In this document: positions 57,078 to 64,000 of the stretch, piece after piece
Layout: each line of letters starts with the position of its first letter
Position numbering within the stretch: position 1 is the stretch's first letter
DNA from: a virus
IMG/VR virus record: IMGVR_UViG_3300042519_001303
Location: 1-64,000 of that record
Direction: 5' to 3' (one strand)
DNA length: 64,000 nucleotides
The notes under the pieces: generated by a model
Databases searched by the model: none
What the model saw: the letters and a program-made list of their open reading frames with translations, nothing else
Told to the model about the DNA's origin: nothing
Made by a program: the position numbers and the translations under genes

Positions 57078-57547
57078 TGATATTGTTTAACTTTTCTGTA
57101 TTGGCCCGTCCAGCAGATTCAATAGCACTCCGTCAGCCAGATCCACAAGGGCTTTATATTTGGCGTATGTTGCATGAACAGTCACTTGGACGCATATGCC
57201 TAGTAGTTAATGAGGACTACAGCAAATTAGTACTTGAAGATTGGCTTAAAAAAGAAGGAATAAAACCTTCATTTTATGAAATGCTTGATGAACCTGACCC
57301 TTATCTACAGGCAGAGAAGATAAACCGTATTGGTGCAATATTTGGCAAGCCGGAATGGTACGTAGATAACAACCCTAGAACCTGTGCAGAGCTACTTAAA
57401 CTAGGCATGGCTACCCTTTTAATTGCTTCCCCTTATCTAGTACGACCTGAATGGTCTAACATGAAGATAATAAAAGAGTGGGATGTTTTAGTTGAGGAAT
57501 TAGACAGTCAAGCCCTAAAGGCTGCTGAGAAGACCTGGAGAGAGTAA
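57077..57547 (+). CDS. degenerate HAD-fold-like protein
   Basis: N-terminal ILFNFSVL strand, WL..EG.K and YVD.NP; nucleophile Asp not seen. Confidence 0.45.
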   Translation: MILFNFSVLARPADSIALRQPDPQGLYIWRMLHEQSLGRICLVVNEDYSKLVLEDWLKKEGIKPSFYEMLDEPDPYLQAEKINRIGAIFGKPEWYVDNNPRTCAELLKLGMATLLIASPYLVRPEWSNMKIIKEWDVLVEELDSQALKAAEKTWRE

Positions 57548-58974
57548 TGCACATATTCTTTGGAGGTGCTGAAAAAGGCACCCATAGAAACCTACTTATA
57601 GCTAATGACATAACTAGAGTAGCTGTTAACGTCACTCACTTACCTATCCCAAAACGTAAAGAGTTTAATCCTCAAGAGGTATTTGCCTCCGCTGAAATAC
57701 TGGTGTACACATCAGAGGGGGATGAAGACCTTAATAAGTACGAAACTTTCGTAAGAGACCACGCTGACTCCCTATCAGTTGTTATTGGGCGTCCTGATAT
57801 GGATGGAGACTGGCTGGGAGACAAGTATGTCCCGGTATGGTCAGATGACGACGATTTAGAAAGATTGGCATGGTTATGTCAACGTTATGGTAGAGCTGCC
57901 ATATCAGACAAGGCTATAAACTCTAAAACACTTCCGCGTATCCGGTCCCTCTCGCAGCGTTGGGGAGCAAAGCTTTATGGTTTAACAAGTAAACCTGATG
58001 TTATCCAATCATTACCTTGGGAAGCTGTTGTAGTGGGATCATGGACCTCATCCATACGCTACGGCGAAACCCAAATATGGGACGGTCATGGTCTCCACAG
58101 ATACCCTGCGCAGCAGAAAGAATCTGCTCGTAAAAAGCATAGAGCAGACATTTTAAGATTAGGTATTGATTACGATGCAATCTTAGAAGATAACGTAACG
58201 GCGGTTGGGTCACTTGCAATCAAGTCTTGGAAGGCCTGGGAGCAGTCCACATTTTTGGGCTATGACCCCCAAGTTATTGATGATGAGTCCGAGTTTGGAG
58301 AGGTAGAAGAGGGGGATATAGTTGCTATACCCCCTATGTCACCTAATGCGGATAAACCGGTTTCTAAGGGGGGTAATATTGCTATCTCCCACCTAGAGAA
58401 GCGGCACGAAAGTGACCGTGTATTGCTACCGGTTATGGGCATAGAACATATCTTGTCAATGGGTACACAAAGTGGCTCTGAACAGGGAGAACACATAGAA
58501 ATTGCCCCTACAGAGACACCTGTTATTAGGTACCAAAGTGGTCCTCTACGACAATGCGATAGTTGCTATCTTGCATCGCGTTGTCCTGCATTCAAGGAAC
58601 ATTCAGATTGTGGGTTTAAGTTACCTGTAGAAATACGTTCTAAGGATCAGTTAAACGCTGTTCTACAGGCCATGATTGAGATGCAAGCTAGCCGAGTTTT
58701 GTTTGCAAGATTTGCTGAAGAACTGGAAGGCCAAGGTCTTGACCCAGCTTTGTCATCAGAGATGGATAGGTTATTCTCCCTCATTGACAAGTTCAAGAAT
58801 ATTTCTGACACCCGTGATCTTATGCGTATTGAAGTGGAAGCAAGAGGTAACGCAGGGGTACTTTCTAGACTGTTTGGTAGCAAAGCTGGAGAAACAGCTA
58901 GACAACTTCCTAGTGGAGGATTGGGCCCAAATCAGACTGACCAATTTATTCAAGATGTAATTGACTTAAGCTAA
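57547..58974 (+). CDS. degenerate tRNA-guanine transglycosylase (TGT/DpdA)-like barrel fused to a Cys4 cluster and helical C-terminal domain
   Basis: IFFGG, YVPVW, KLYGL and PW..V..GSW....RYG pattern; C-terminal CDSCYLASRCP..C. Confidence 0.5.
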   Translation: MHIFFGGAEKGTHRNLLIANDITRVAVNVTHLPIPKRKEFNPQEVFASAEILVYTSEGDEDLNKYETFVRDHADSLSVVIGRPDMDGDWLGDKYVPVWSDDDDLERLAWLCQRYGRAAISDKAINSKTLPRIRSLSQRWGAKLYGLTSKPDVIQSLPWEAVVVGSWTSSIRYGETQIWDGHGLHRYPAQQKESARKKHRADILRLGIDYDAILEDNVTAVGSLAIKSWKAWEQSTFLGYDPQVIDDESEFGEVEEGDIVAIPPMSPNADKPVSKGGNIAISHLEKRHESDRVLLPVMGIEHILSMGTQSGSEQGEHIEIAPTETPVIRYQSGPLRQCDSCYLASRCPAFKEHSDCGFKLPVEIRSKDQLNAVLQAMIEMQASRVLFARFAEELEGQGLDPALSSEMDRLFSLIDKFKNISDTRDLMRIEVEARGNAGVLSRLFGSKAGETARQLPSGGLGPNQTDQFIQDVIDLS

Positions 58975-58989
58975 CTTTGTCTGTAGACT
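58961..58989 (+). promoter_or_regulatory. sigma70-type promoter
   Basis: TTGACT-17 nt-TAGACT, followed by AAGGAGG RBS. Confidence 0.7.
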
Positions 58990-59014
58990 ACAAGTAACAC
59001 AACAAGGAGGAACC

Positions 59015-59314
59015 ATGGAAAGAACATGGTGGAAAAACAACAAGCAGGTTACACCTAATAACAACAATGTTATTGTTGGTAAAAATGCGTACCAATCGGG
59101 AAATATCTCTGGTGGGAGCATGATAAATGGTGCAACAATTGAAGCTACTGTAATTGGCATAGAAGAGGTTATGGGGTATCTATCAACAAAGGGTTGCACA
59201 CTTTGGGGCAATTGGGATATCTCTTCAGAAGATGGTCTTCAAGATGCCGCTGAATGGTTAACCACTGAAATATACAACGTATTACTATTTGTTTCACAAG
59301 AAGAAACAGAATGA
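59015..59314 (+). CDS. hypothetical protein
   Basis: AAGGAGG RBS. Confidence 0.65.
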   Translation: MERTWWKNNKQVTPNNNNVIVGKNAYQSGNISGGSMINGATIEATVIGIEEVMGYLSTKGCTLWGNWDISSEDGLQDAAEWLTTEIYNVLLFVSQEETE

Positions 59315-59694
59315 CCTCTAAACCTTGGATGGAAGAGTCACCATGCAAGGGAATACATCCAAACTTGTTTTTCCCCCCATTAGAGGAGACCAACCACAAT
59401 GCCTACTACAAAGTGGGTAAGGCAGTATGCAACACTTGTCCAGTGTGGCAAAGTTGCCTCGATTATGGTATTGAAGAACACTGGGGTTTGTGGGGTGGAT
59501 TGACACCTCAAGAAAGACGTGGTACAGCAAGAATGCATCATGGATCTCTTGAAATGTATCGTTCAGGATGCAGATGTCCTAAGTGTAGAGAGGCCTCTGT
59601 AGTAGTTAGGAAACATGTCACATTAGACATATTCCCTGCTAGAGGGCAAGATTTTGACATAGAATCATTAGTTTTTAAACTTTCTAGCATGTGA
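59311..59694 (+). CDS. whiB: WhiB-family transcription factor with C-terminal HG..Y..GCRCxxC extension
   Basis: W....C....P.LFF...K.VC..CPV...CL.YG.....GLWGGLT..ER. Confidence 0.9.
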   Translation: MTSKPWMEESPCKGIHPNLFFPPLEETNHNAYYKVGKAVCNTCPVWQSCLDYGIEEHWGLWGGLTPQERRGTARMHHGSLEMYRSGCRCPKCREASVVVRKHVTLDIFPARGQDFDIESLVFKLSSM

Positions 59695-59792
59695 TGTAGC
59701 TAGTACTCGTAACACTTTGGTAATATAGATAGTGCCCAGCCAATACAGTTCAGGCTGGGCATTGTCATTATCCCCTATCAAGGAGCTAGCTT

Positions 59793-60353
59793 TTGAAAAT
59801 TAAATACTTTAAACCAGTACTATTTGTAGCACTAGCCATAAGCATCGCAGGGCCCATAATATTGGTCAACAGTACAGAATCCAAAAAAGTAACAATCCAA
59901 GAAACTACAACGGCATCTACTGTAATAATCACTACACCTGAAACAACTACCGTCGCCCCAGAGACGACAACCACTGCCCCCGAAACCACCACCACAGTGG
60001 CTATTGATTGGGAAGCTATAGCGCAAACTGCGGCAGCCCAAATAGATGAAGCTCGTTTCACTTGGGGTCCTTGTGGAGAATGGCATGACCTAGCCATATC
60101 AGTAGGTTGGCCTGAAGAAGAATGGCCAACCCTCAGTAAAGTAATTTGGAGAGAGTCGAGATGCACAATAGATGCCTGGAATGGTCATGATGCAGGACTC
60201 ACTCAAGTAAACCAAATTCATAAAAAGTGGTTAGCAGAAATGGGATGGAATCACCCAAATGACATGTTTGATCCTGAGAAAAACCTAACTTTTGCATTTC
60301 GCTTATGGTCAGGTTCCGGTTGGAAACCATGGAAAGCAACTAGTGGTAAATAA
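59793..60353 (+). CDS. secreted lytic transglycosylase (SLT/Rpf-like) with Thr-rich linker
   Basis: Signal/TM helix, PETTT repeats, RESRC...A.N..DAGL.Q.N...DPE.NL..A..LW..SGW.PW; AAGGAG RBS with TTG start. Confidence 0.8.
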   Translation: MKIKYFKPVLFVALAISIAGPIILVNSTESKKVTIQETTTASTVIITTPETTTVAPETTTTAPETTTTVAIDWEAIAQTAAAQIDEARFTWGPCGEWHDLAISVGWPEEEWPTLSKVIWRESRCTIDAWNGHDAGLTQVNQIHKKWLAEMGWNHPNDMFDPEKNLTFAFRLWSGSGWKPWKATSGK

Positions 60354-60366
60354 TATATAACGGTAG

Positions 60367-60395
60367 TTGTAATTGTTAATAATGTGTTGTAGTAT
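60367..60395 (+). promoter_or_regulatory. sigma70-type promoter
   Basis: TTGTAA-17 nt-TAGTAT. Confidence 0.5.
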
Positions 60396-60436
60396 ATAAA
60401 CAAAGCCCGATATGGGCACCTCACAAGGAGCACAAT

Positions 60437-60676
60437 ATGAATGAAAATAGCATTACAGTTCAATTAGATTCTGATATGTTGCTTATTAAAATTGACGACA
60501 TTGTTGGAACTTCGGAAGTGGCAGAGATCCTTAGTTGCCCAAAGCAACAGATCCATGCTCTTCGCAAACGAGCTGACTTTCCCAAGCCAATCACAACTTT
60601 GGCCGCTACACCACTATGGAACGCAATGGATATCAAGTTCTTTGCAATCACTTGGAAGCGCCGCAAATCAGTCTGA
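60437..60676 (+). CDS. AlpA/excisionase-like HTH protein
   Basis: IVG..EVAE.L...KQ.I......DFPKPI..L...P.W. Confidence 0.75.
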   Translation: MNENSITVQLDSDMLLIKIDDIVGTSEVAEILSCPKQQIHALRKRADFPKPITTLAATPLWNAMDIKFFAITWKRRKSV

Positions 60677-60882
60677 TGAGTAGTACAATGTTTCTCATGT
60701 CTGATACAGAGAAAGCACAGTACCCCAAAGGGTATTATGCATGTCCAAAATGCAATGAGGGAGTGGAGGTGTTTGTTCCTTTGAACGAGCACCCCACTCA
60801 CCATTGTGGCGTAGGTAAGAAAGTACACAAAATGGAATACAGAGGGAGTTCACGTGCTTCGTCTAGGCATAGCATCGGGTGA
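60676..60882 (+). CDS. small Zn-ribbon protein
   Basis: YACPKC...PTH.C; start uncertain (60676/60688/60697). Confidence 0.5.
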   Translation: MSSTMFLMSDTEKAQYPKGYYACPKCNEGVEVFVPLNEHPTHHCGVGKKVHKMEYRGSSRASSRHSIG

Positions 60883-61918
60883 TTGGTTACATCCAAACAG
60901 AACAGGTTTAGATACAGCCAAATGGGGAGGAAGTGGATGGGCCCGCCTGGGTCAGTATGTTTCCACACTTCCTTTTGATGTAAGTGTTGGTGTACTCACT
61001 TGGATGTACGACAGATTTGTCATTATGTCAGTTGATGGTAAGGTCAGTGAGGTTGACGTTGTATACATGCAACGTTTAATGCATGAAGGGCTTACTCAGC
61101 ACGTTCCAATGGCTAGAGCAAATGGCCAGAAGATAATCAACGATCTTGACGACTGGTATTGGGGTTTAGACACTTCAAATATGGCTTTTGAGCATAACCA
61201 TCCAAAGCACAATAAGATTGAAAATACAAACTTTTATAAAACAATTTTGTCAAAGTCTGATGTTGTGACAGTAAGCACCACATACATCAGGGACAGAATA
61301 TCTAAGTTTGTAAGATGCCCAATTCATGTATTAGAAAACACAGTAGATATACATAGGTTTAACCAAGTAACCTATAGTGCTACAGACACCCCAGTAGTTG
61401 GGTGGGTAGGGTCAACGGCCCACAGAAGTAGGGATATTGAAACCTTAAAAGGAATATTATCCCCATTAGTCAATGATGGTAAGGTCAGTCTCTATCATGG
61501 CGGTGACCACTTGTCTGCACCAACGTTTGCCAGCAAACTGGGAATTGATGAATCCTTAGTAACTGTTAAGCAAATGGTAGATGCAGAGGATTACCCAAGC
61601 TTATTAACTATGGATATTGGAATTGTTCCATTAAATAAAACTCCTTTTAATATGGCAAAATCTGATATTAAAGGATTAGAGTATGCTGCTTCAGGTATTC
61701 CTTTCATTGCCCAGGATTTAGACTCCTATGTAAATTTATATAAAACGTTAGGTGTAGGTGTAATAGCTAAAAGTCCTATTGATTGGATAAAATCCATAAA
61801 AAGACTATGCGATCCAAAAGTTCGAGAAGAGCTAGGAGCACCAATGAGAGAACAGATTGCTTCAAGAGACATAAACATTGGTTTGGAAAGACTTGTAAAT
61901 CTAATCAGTAATTTGTAG
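60854..61918 (+). CDS. glycosyltransferase (GT-B, GT4-like)
   Basis: DLDDWY, VTVST, VGWVGS..H..D, DIGIVPL...FN..KS.IKGLEYAASGIP. Confidence 0.85.
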   Translation: MLRLGIASGDWLHPNRTGLDTAKWGGSGWARLGQYVSTLPFDVSVGVLTWMYDRFVIMSVDGKVSEVDVVYMQRLMHEGLTQHVPMARANGQKIINDLDDWYWGLDTSNMAFEHNHPKHNKIENTNFYKTILSKSDVVTVSTTYIRDRISKFVRCPIHVLENTVDIHRFNQVTYSATDTPVVGWVGSTAHRSRDIETLKGILSPLVNDGKVSLYHGGDHLSAPTFASKLGIDESLVTVKQMVDAEDYPSLLTMDIGIVPLNKTPFNMAKSDIKGLEYAASGIPFIAQDLDSYVNLYKTLGVGVIAKSPIDWIKSIKRLCDPKVREELGAPMREQIASRDINIGLERLVNLISNL

Positions 61919-61930
61919 TCAGAATACAAC

Positions 61931-61980
61931 AAAAAAAAAGAACCCCTAGCGGCACCAAATTGGTACCACTAGGGGTTTTT
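61931..61980. terminator. bidirectional intrinsic terminator
   Basis: A-run, AACCCCTAG...CTAGGGGTT stem and T-run, between convergent genes. Confidence 0.8.
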
Positions 61981-62022
61981 GCGTTTTGGACAAAGCCACG
62001 ATTGCGACAATGCCAGGTCTAC

Positions 62023-62286
62023 TCAATCTTTGCCTATTCGTCGATCATAATTCTTATTTGAGTAATACGCTTTCATTTCTTCTTCAAGTCTATGATTCCT
62101 ATTTTCGTAGGAATCATCAATATATTTTTCTTCTTCTAGTCTTACAGCAGCATCTATCTTTCTAATTTTTTCAGCAAAGTTACTGTTACTATAATTTACC
62201 CACAAAATAATAATGGGTGGAATTATAAATGCTGCAGGAATACATACAAACATAAGAAACTCAATGTAGTTCATAGCAATCATCAT
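62023..62286 (-). CDS. membrane-anchored hypothetical protein
   Basis: N-terminal hydrophobic helix. Confidence 0.55.
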   Translation of the reverse strand: MMIAMNYIEFLMFVCIPAAFIIPPIIILWVNYSNSNFAEKIRKIDAAVRLEEEKYIDDSYENRNHRLEEEMKAYYSNKNYDRRIGKD

Positions 62287-62729
62287 TTAATTGGCCATTT
62301 GTAAGGAAGGTCAGGTGACACTTCAGGCCAATATTGTGAATAATGATTAGGTAACTTACGAAGTAAATTTGACTTATGTGATTCCATCACTTCAGGGTCA
62401 TCCAACCATTCAGGCATATCTATTTCAGGATATTCAAAGCTGGCAATGCGCACTCCTGAAAAGGCACACTTTTGTAGTATTTTTATACCACAAGTATCTT
62501 TGTAACCTAGCGAAGTCCATACTTTACACATTTCTAAAGTGTATTGAACAAGAGCTGGTTCATATCCTTTCCACATTTTTACTGCTGGGTGATTTGCCCA
62601 ACCACTGCTATAACCAAGCAGAGTATTAAGTATTTGCATACCTTCAACTCTTTGCTTACCCAATCTCTGTCGGTCAAGCACCAAGGCATTACTAGTAAAG
62701 TCACTTCCGTGTGGTACAAATGTTTGCAT
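62283..62729 (-). CDS. MSMEG_6728-family / pyrimidine-dimer DNA glycosylase (DenV-like)
   Basis: MQTFVP...LD..RLGKQRVE..QIL...GW.NHPAV.MW.GY...SH.SNLLRK.P..Y. Confidence 0.85.
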   Translation of the reverse strand: MQTFVPHGSDFTSNALVLDRQRLGKQRVEGMQILNTLLGYSSGWANHPAVKMWKGYEPALVQYTLEMCKVWTSLGYKDTCGIKILQKCAFSGVRIASFEYPEIDMPEWLDDPEVMESHKSNLLRKLPNHYSQYWPEVSPDLPYKWPIK

Positions 62730-62804
62730 TATTCATCCTTTTTTATTTGATCTGCTATGTAGTAAAAAATTACGCATAAAATAATTACCATGATTATCCA
62801 CATA

Positions 62805-63275
62805 TCACAACTCCTTTTGCAAAGTATCGGGATCGTAACCAATATCAGTAAGGAACTCACGCAGTCTTTTAATTTCTGCGTTAAGTGCATGATACAGGTG
62901 CTGTCTTTCAATGTTCTCAATGAGAGCAACTTTTTCTAGGTGCTCAGGATTACAACACAATGTATTTCTGCACAAGTGGTCAAGTGTTTCGGCCTTAGTC
63001 AAAGATACGTGTCTGTGTTGTTCATATGACCATCTGTGAGACTGAAATGCTTTGTTCCCGACGTACATACGGCCATAACCTTTATCAACAGTTCCTGTCC
63101 ATGTCCAGCAACCATTTTCTTCTTTTTTTATGTTCTTCCAGAACTTATCTTCAGGAAGTTGTGATTTTTCAATGATATGCAACTTACCATCACGTTTCAA
63201 TTGTTTGTAATGGGCGGCGCATAACCCTTTAGCCACAGTTTTTTCACTACATAACGGGCCACGGCATAGGCTCAT
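62805..63275 (-). CDS. HNH endonuclease
   Basis: CW.W.G....GYG, HRWSY, LDHLCRN..C.NP.HL; N-terminal C..C...GLC..HY; AAGGAG RBS. Confidence 0.9.
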   Translation of the reverse strand: MSLCRGPLCSEKTVAKGLCAAHYKQLKRDGKLHIIEKSQLPEDKFWKNIKKEENGCWTWTGTVDKGYGRMYVGNKAFQSHRWSYEQHRHVSLTKAETLDHLCRNTLCCNPEHLEKVALIENIERQHLYHALNAEIKRLREFLTDIGYDPDTLQKEL

Positions 63276-63360
63276 GGTTTTCTCCTTTGGACGGTATCAC
63301 GCTTGCGACGAGTACAAGTCTACCTTAGCGCGAGTGCCTGAGATGAGGCTAGAAATAAAA

Positions 63361-63417
63361 ACAAAAAAAAAAGCAACCCCGAGCGGGGCCACTGGTTAAG
63401 TGACTCCGCTCGGGGTT
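63361..63417 (-). terminator. intrinsic terminator
   Basis: AACCCCGAGCGG...CCGCTCGGGGTT long stem followed on the - strand by a long T-run. Confidence 0.8.
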
Positions 63418-63420
63418 ATG

Positions 63421-63684
63421 CTAATGTTTATGATTTACAGGAGCAAATACAAGACCTAGTTCTTTACGTATTTTGTTACGTTCTCTAGATGTCTTGCCAC
63501 CATATATTCCGTAGGTGTCATATATGGGGTTAATGTGTACGGCCTCATCTAAGCATTCAGCTTTGACTGAACATGTATCACATATCTTTCTTGCTTCTTT
63601 ACTTGACTCACCTTTACTAAGGAAGAATCTTTCTGTTGGTATGCCAAGACAAGCAGCCATGGATCGCCATTCTTTAGTTTCCAT
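63421..63684 (-). CDS. whiB: WhiB-family transcription factor
   Basis: W...AAC.G.....FF......A..IC..C.V..ECL..A......GIYGG.T.RER. Confidence 0.9.
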   Translation of the reverse strand: METKEWRSMAACLGIPTERFFLSKGESSKEARKICDTCSVKAECLDEAVHINPIYDTYGIYGGKTSRERNKIRKELGLVFAPVNHKH

Positions 63685-63690
63685 ACTTCC

Positions 63691-63900
63691 TCACAGTTGT
63701 ATTTTGTAGAGCTTTTTAAAGTCTCTTTTTATTGGATGAAATGCAGACTCAGTTGCGTGAGTTGTATACGCCGGCCCATCAATATGAGCCGGCGGTACAA
63801 GCAGATACGTTCCTGATTTCTTTTGGGTTACATCGAACCCTAAGTCTTTAATTTCTTTGAGCAATTTCCTCATTGAAGTTGACTGGTGCTGTCGGGGCAT
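63691..63900 (-). CDS. small protein with HicA-like dsRBD fold
   Basis: RKLLKEIKDLGFDVTQKKSGTY...Y.TH.T.......KRDFKK. Confidence 0.45.
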   Translation of the reverse strand: MPRQHQSTSMRKLLKEIKDLGFDVTQKKSGTYLLVPPAHIDGPAYTTHATESAFHPIKRDFKKLYKIQL

Positions 63901-64000
63901 CGCGTCTAACCTTTCTAGTAGTTGTGCACTCGGGGCATAGGGTTTTAATCCAGCACGCCTCACGATCTAAACTACCAGGGTTACCGCATAGCTCACAAGT

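Noticed and set aside
59695-59790. c-di-AMP (ydaO) riboswitch before the Rpf-like gene
   Set aside because: Leader is too short and shows only a single hairpin
63280-63420. tRNA or structured ncRNA in the intergenic region
   Set aside because: No cloverleaf or T-loop; explained by a terminator hairpin and a likely promoter
1-64000. Alternative genetic code
   Set aside because: All core genes are intact in the standard code and all three stop codons are used

Overview
This is a 64-kb segment of a tailed dsDNA bacteriophage with a contractile (myovirus-type) tail. It uses the standard genetic code and is almost entirely on the + strand. The host is very probably an actinobacterium: the window has two WhiB genes, leaderless genes, an MSMEG_6728/DenV-like glycosylase and a secreted Thr-linker lytic transglycosylase. 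Gene order: holin end and M15 endolysin; fibre genes; terminase large subunit, portal, scaffold and N4-gp56-type major capsid protein; neck, sheath, tube, tail chaperone (with a candidate +1 frameshift), tape measure with muralytic domains, and baseplate. Next come a small reverse-strand Dps/basic-peptide operon and a replication module (initiator with three palindromic iterons, DnaC-like loader, DnaB, primase, SNF2 helicase, SSB, PolA), then recombination genes (RecA, Cas4-like nuclease, two resolvase-like nucleases) and SpoVS. These are followed by a block of about 8.7 kb encoding low-complexity, probably disordered proteins, then a Zn-protein / degenerate HAD / degenerate TGT-fold trio, and accessory host-interaction genes. 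I saw no tRNA, CRISPR array, integrase, reverse transcriptase or intein. All assignments come from motif recognition by eye; no database search was run.
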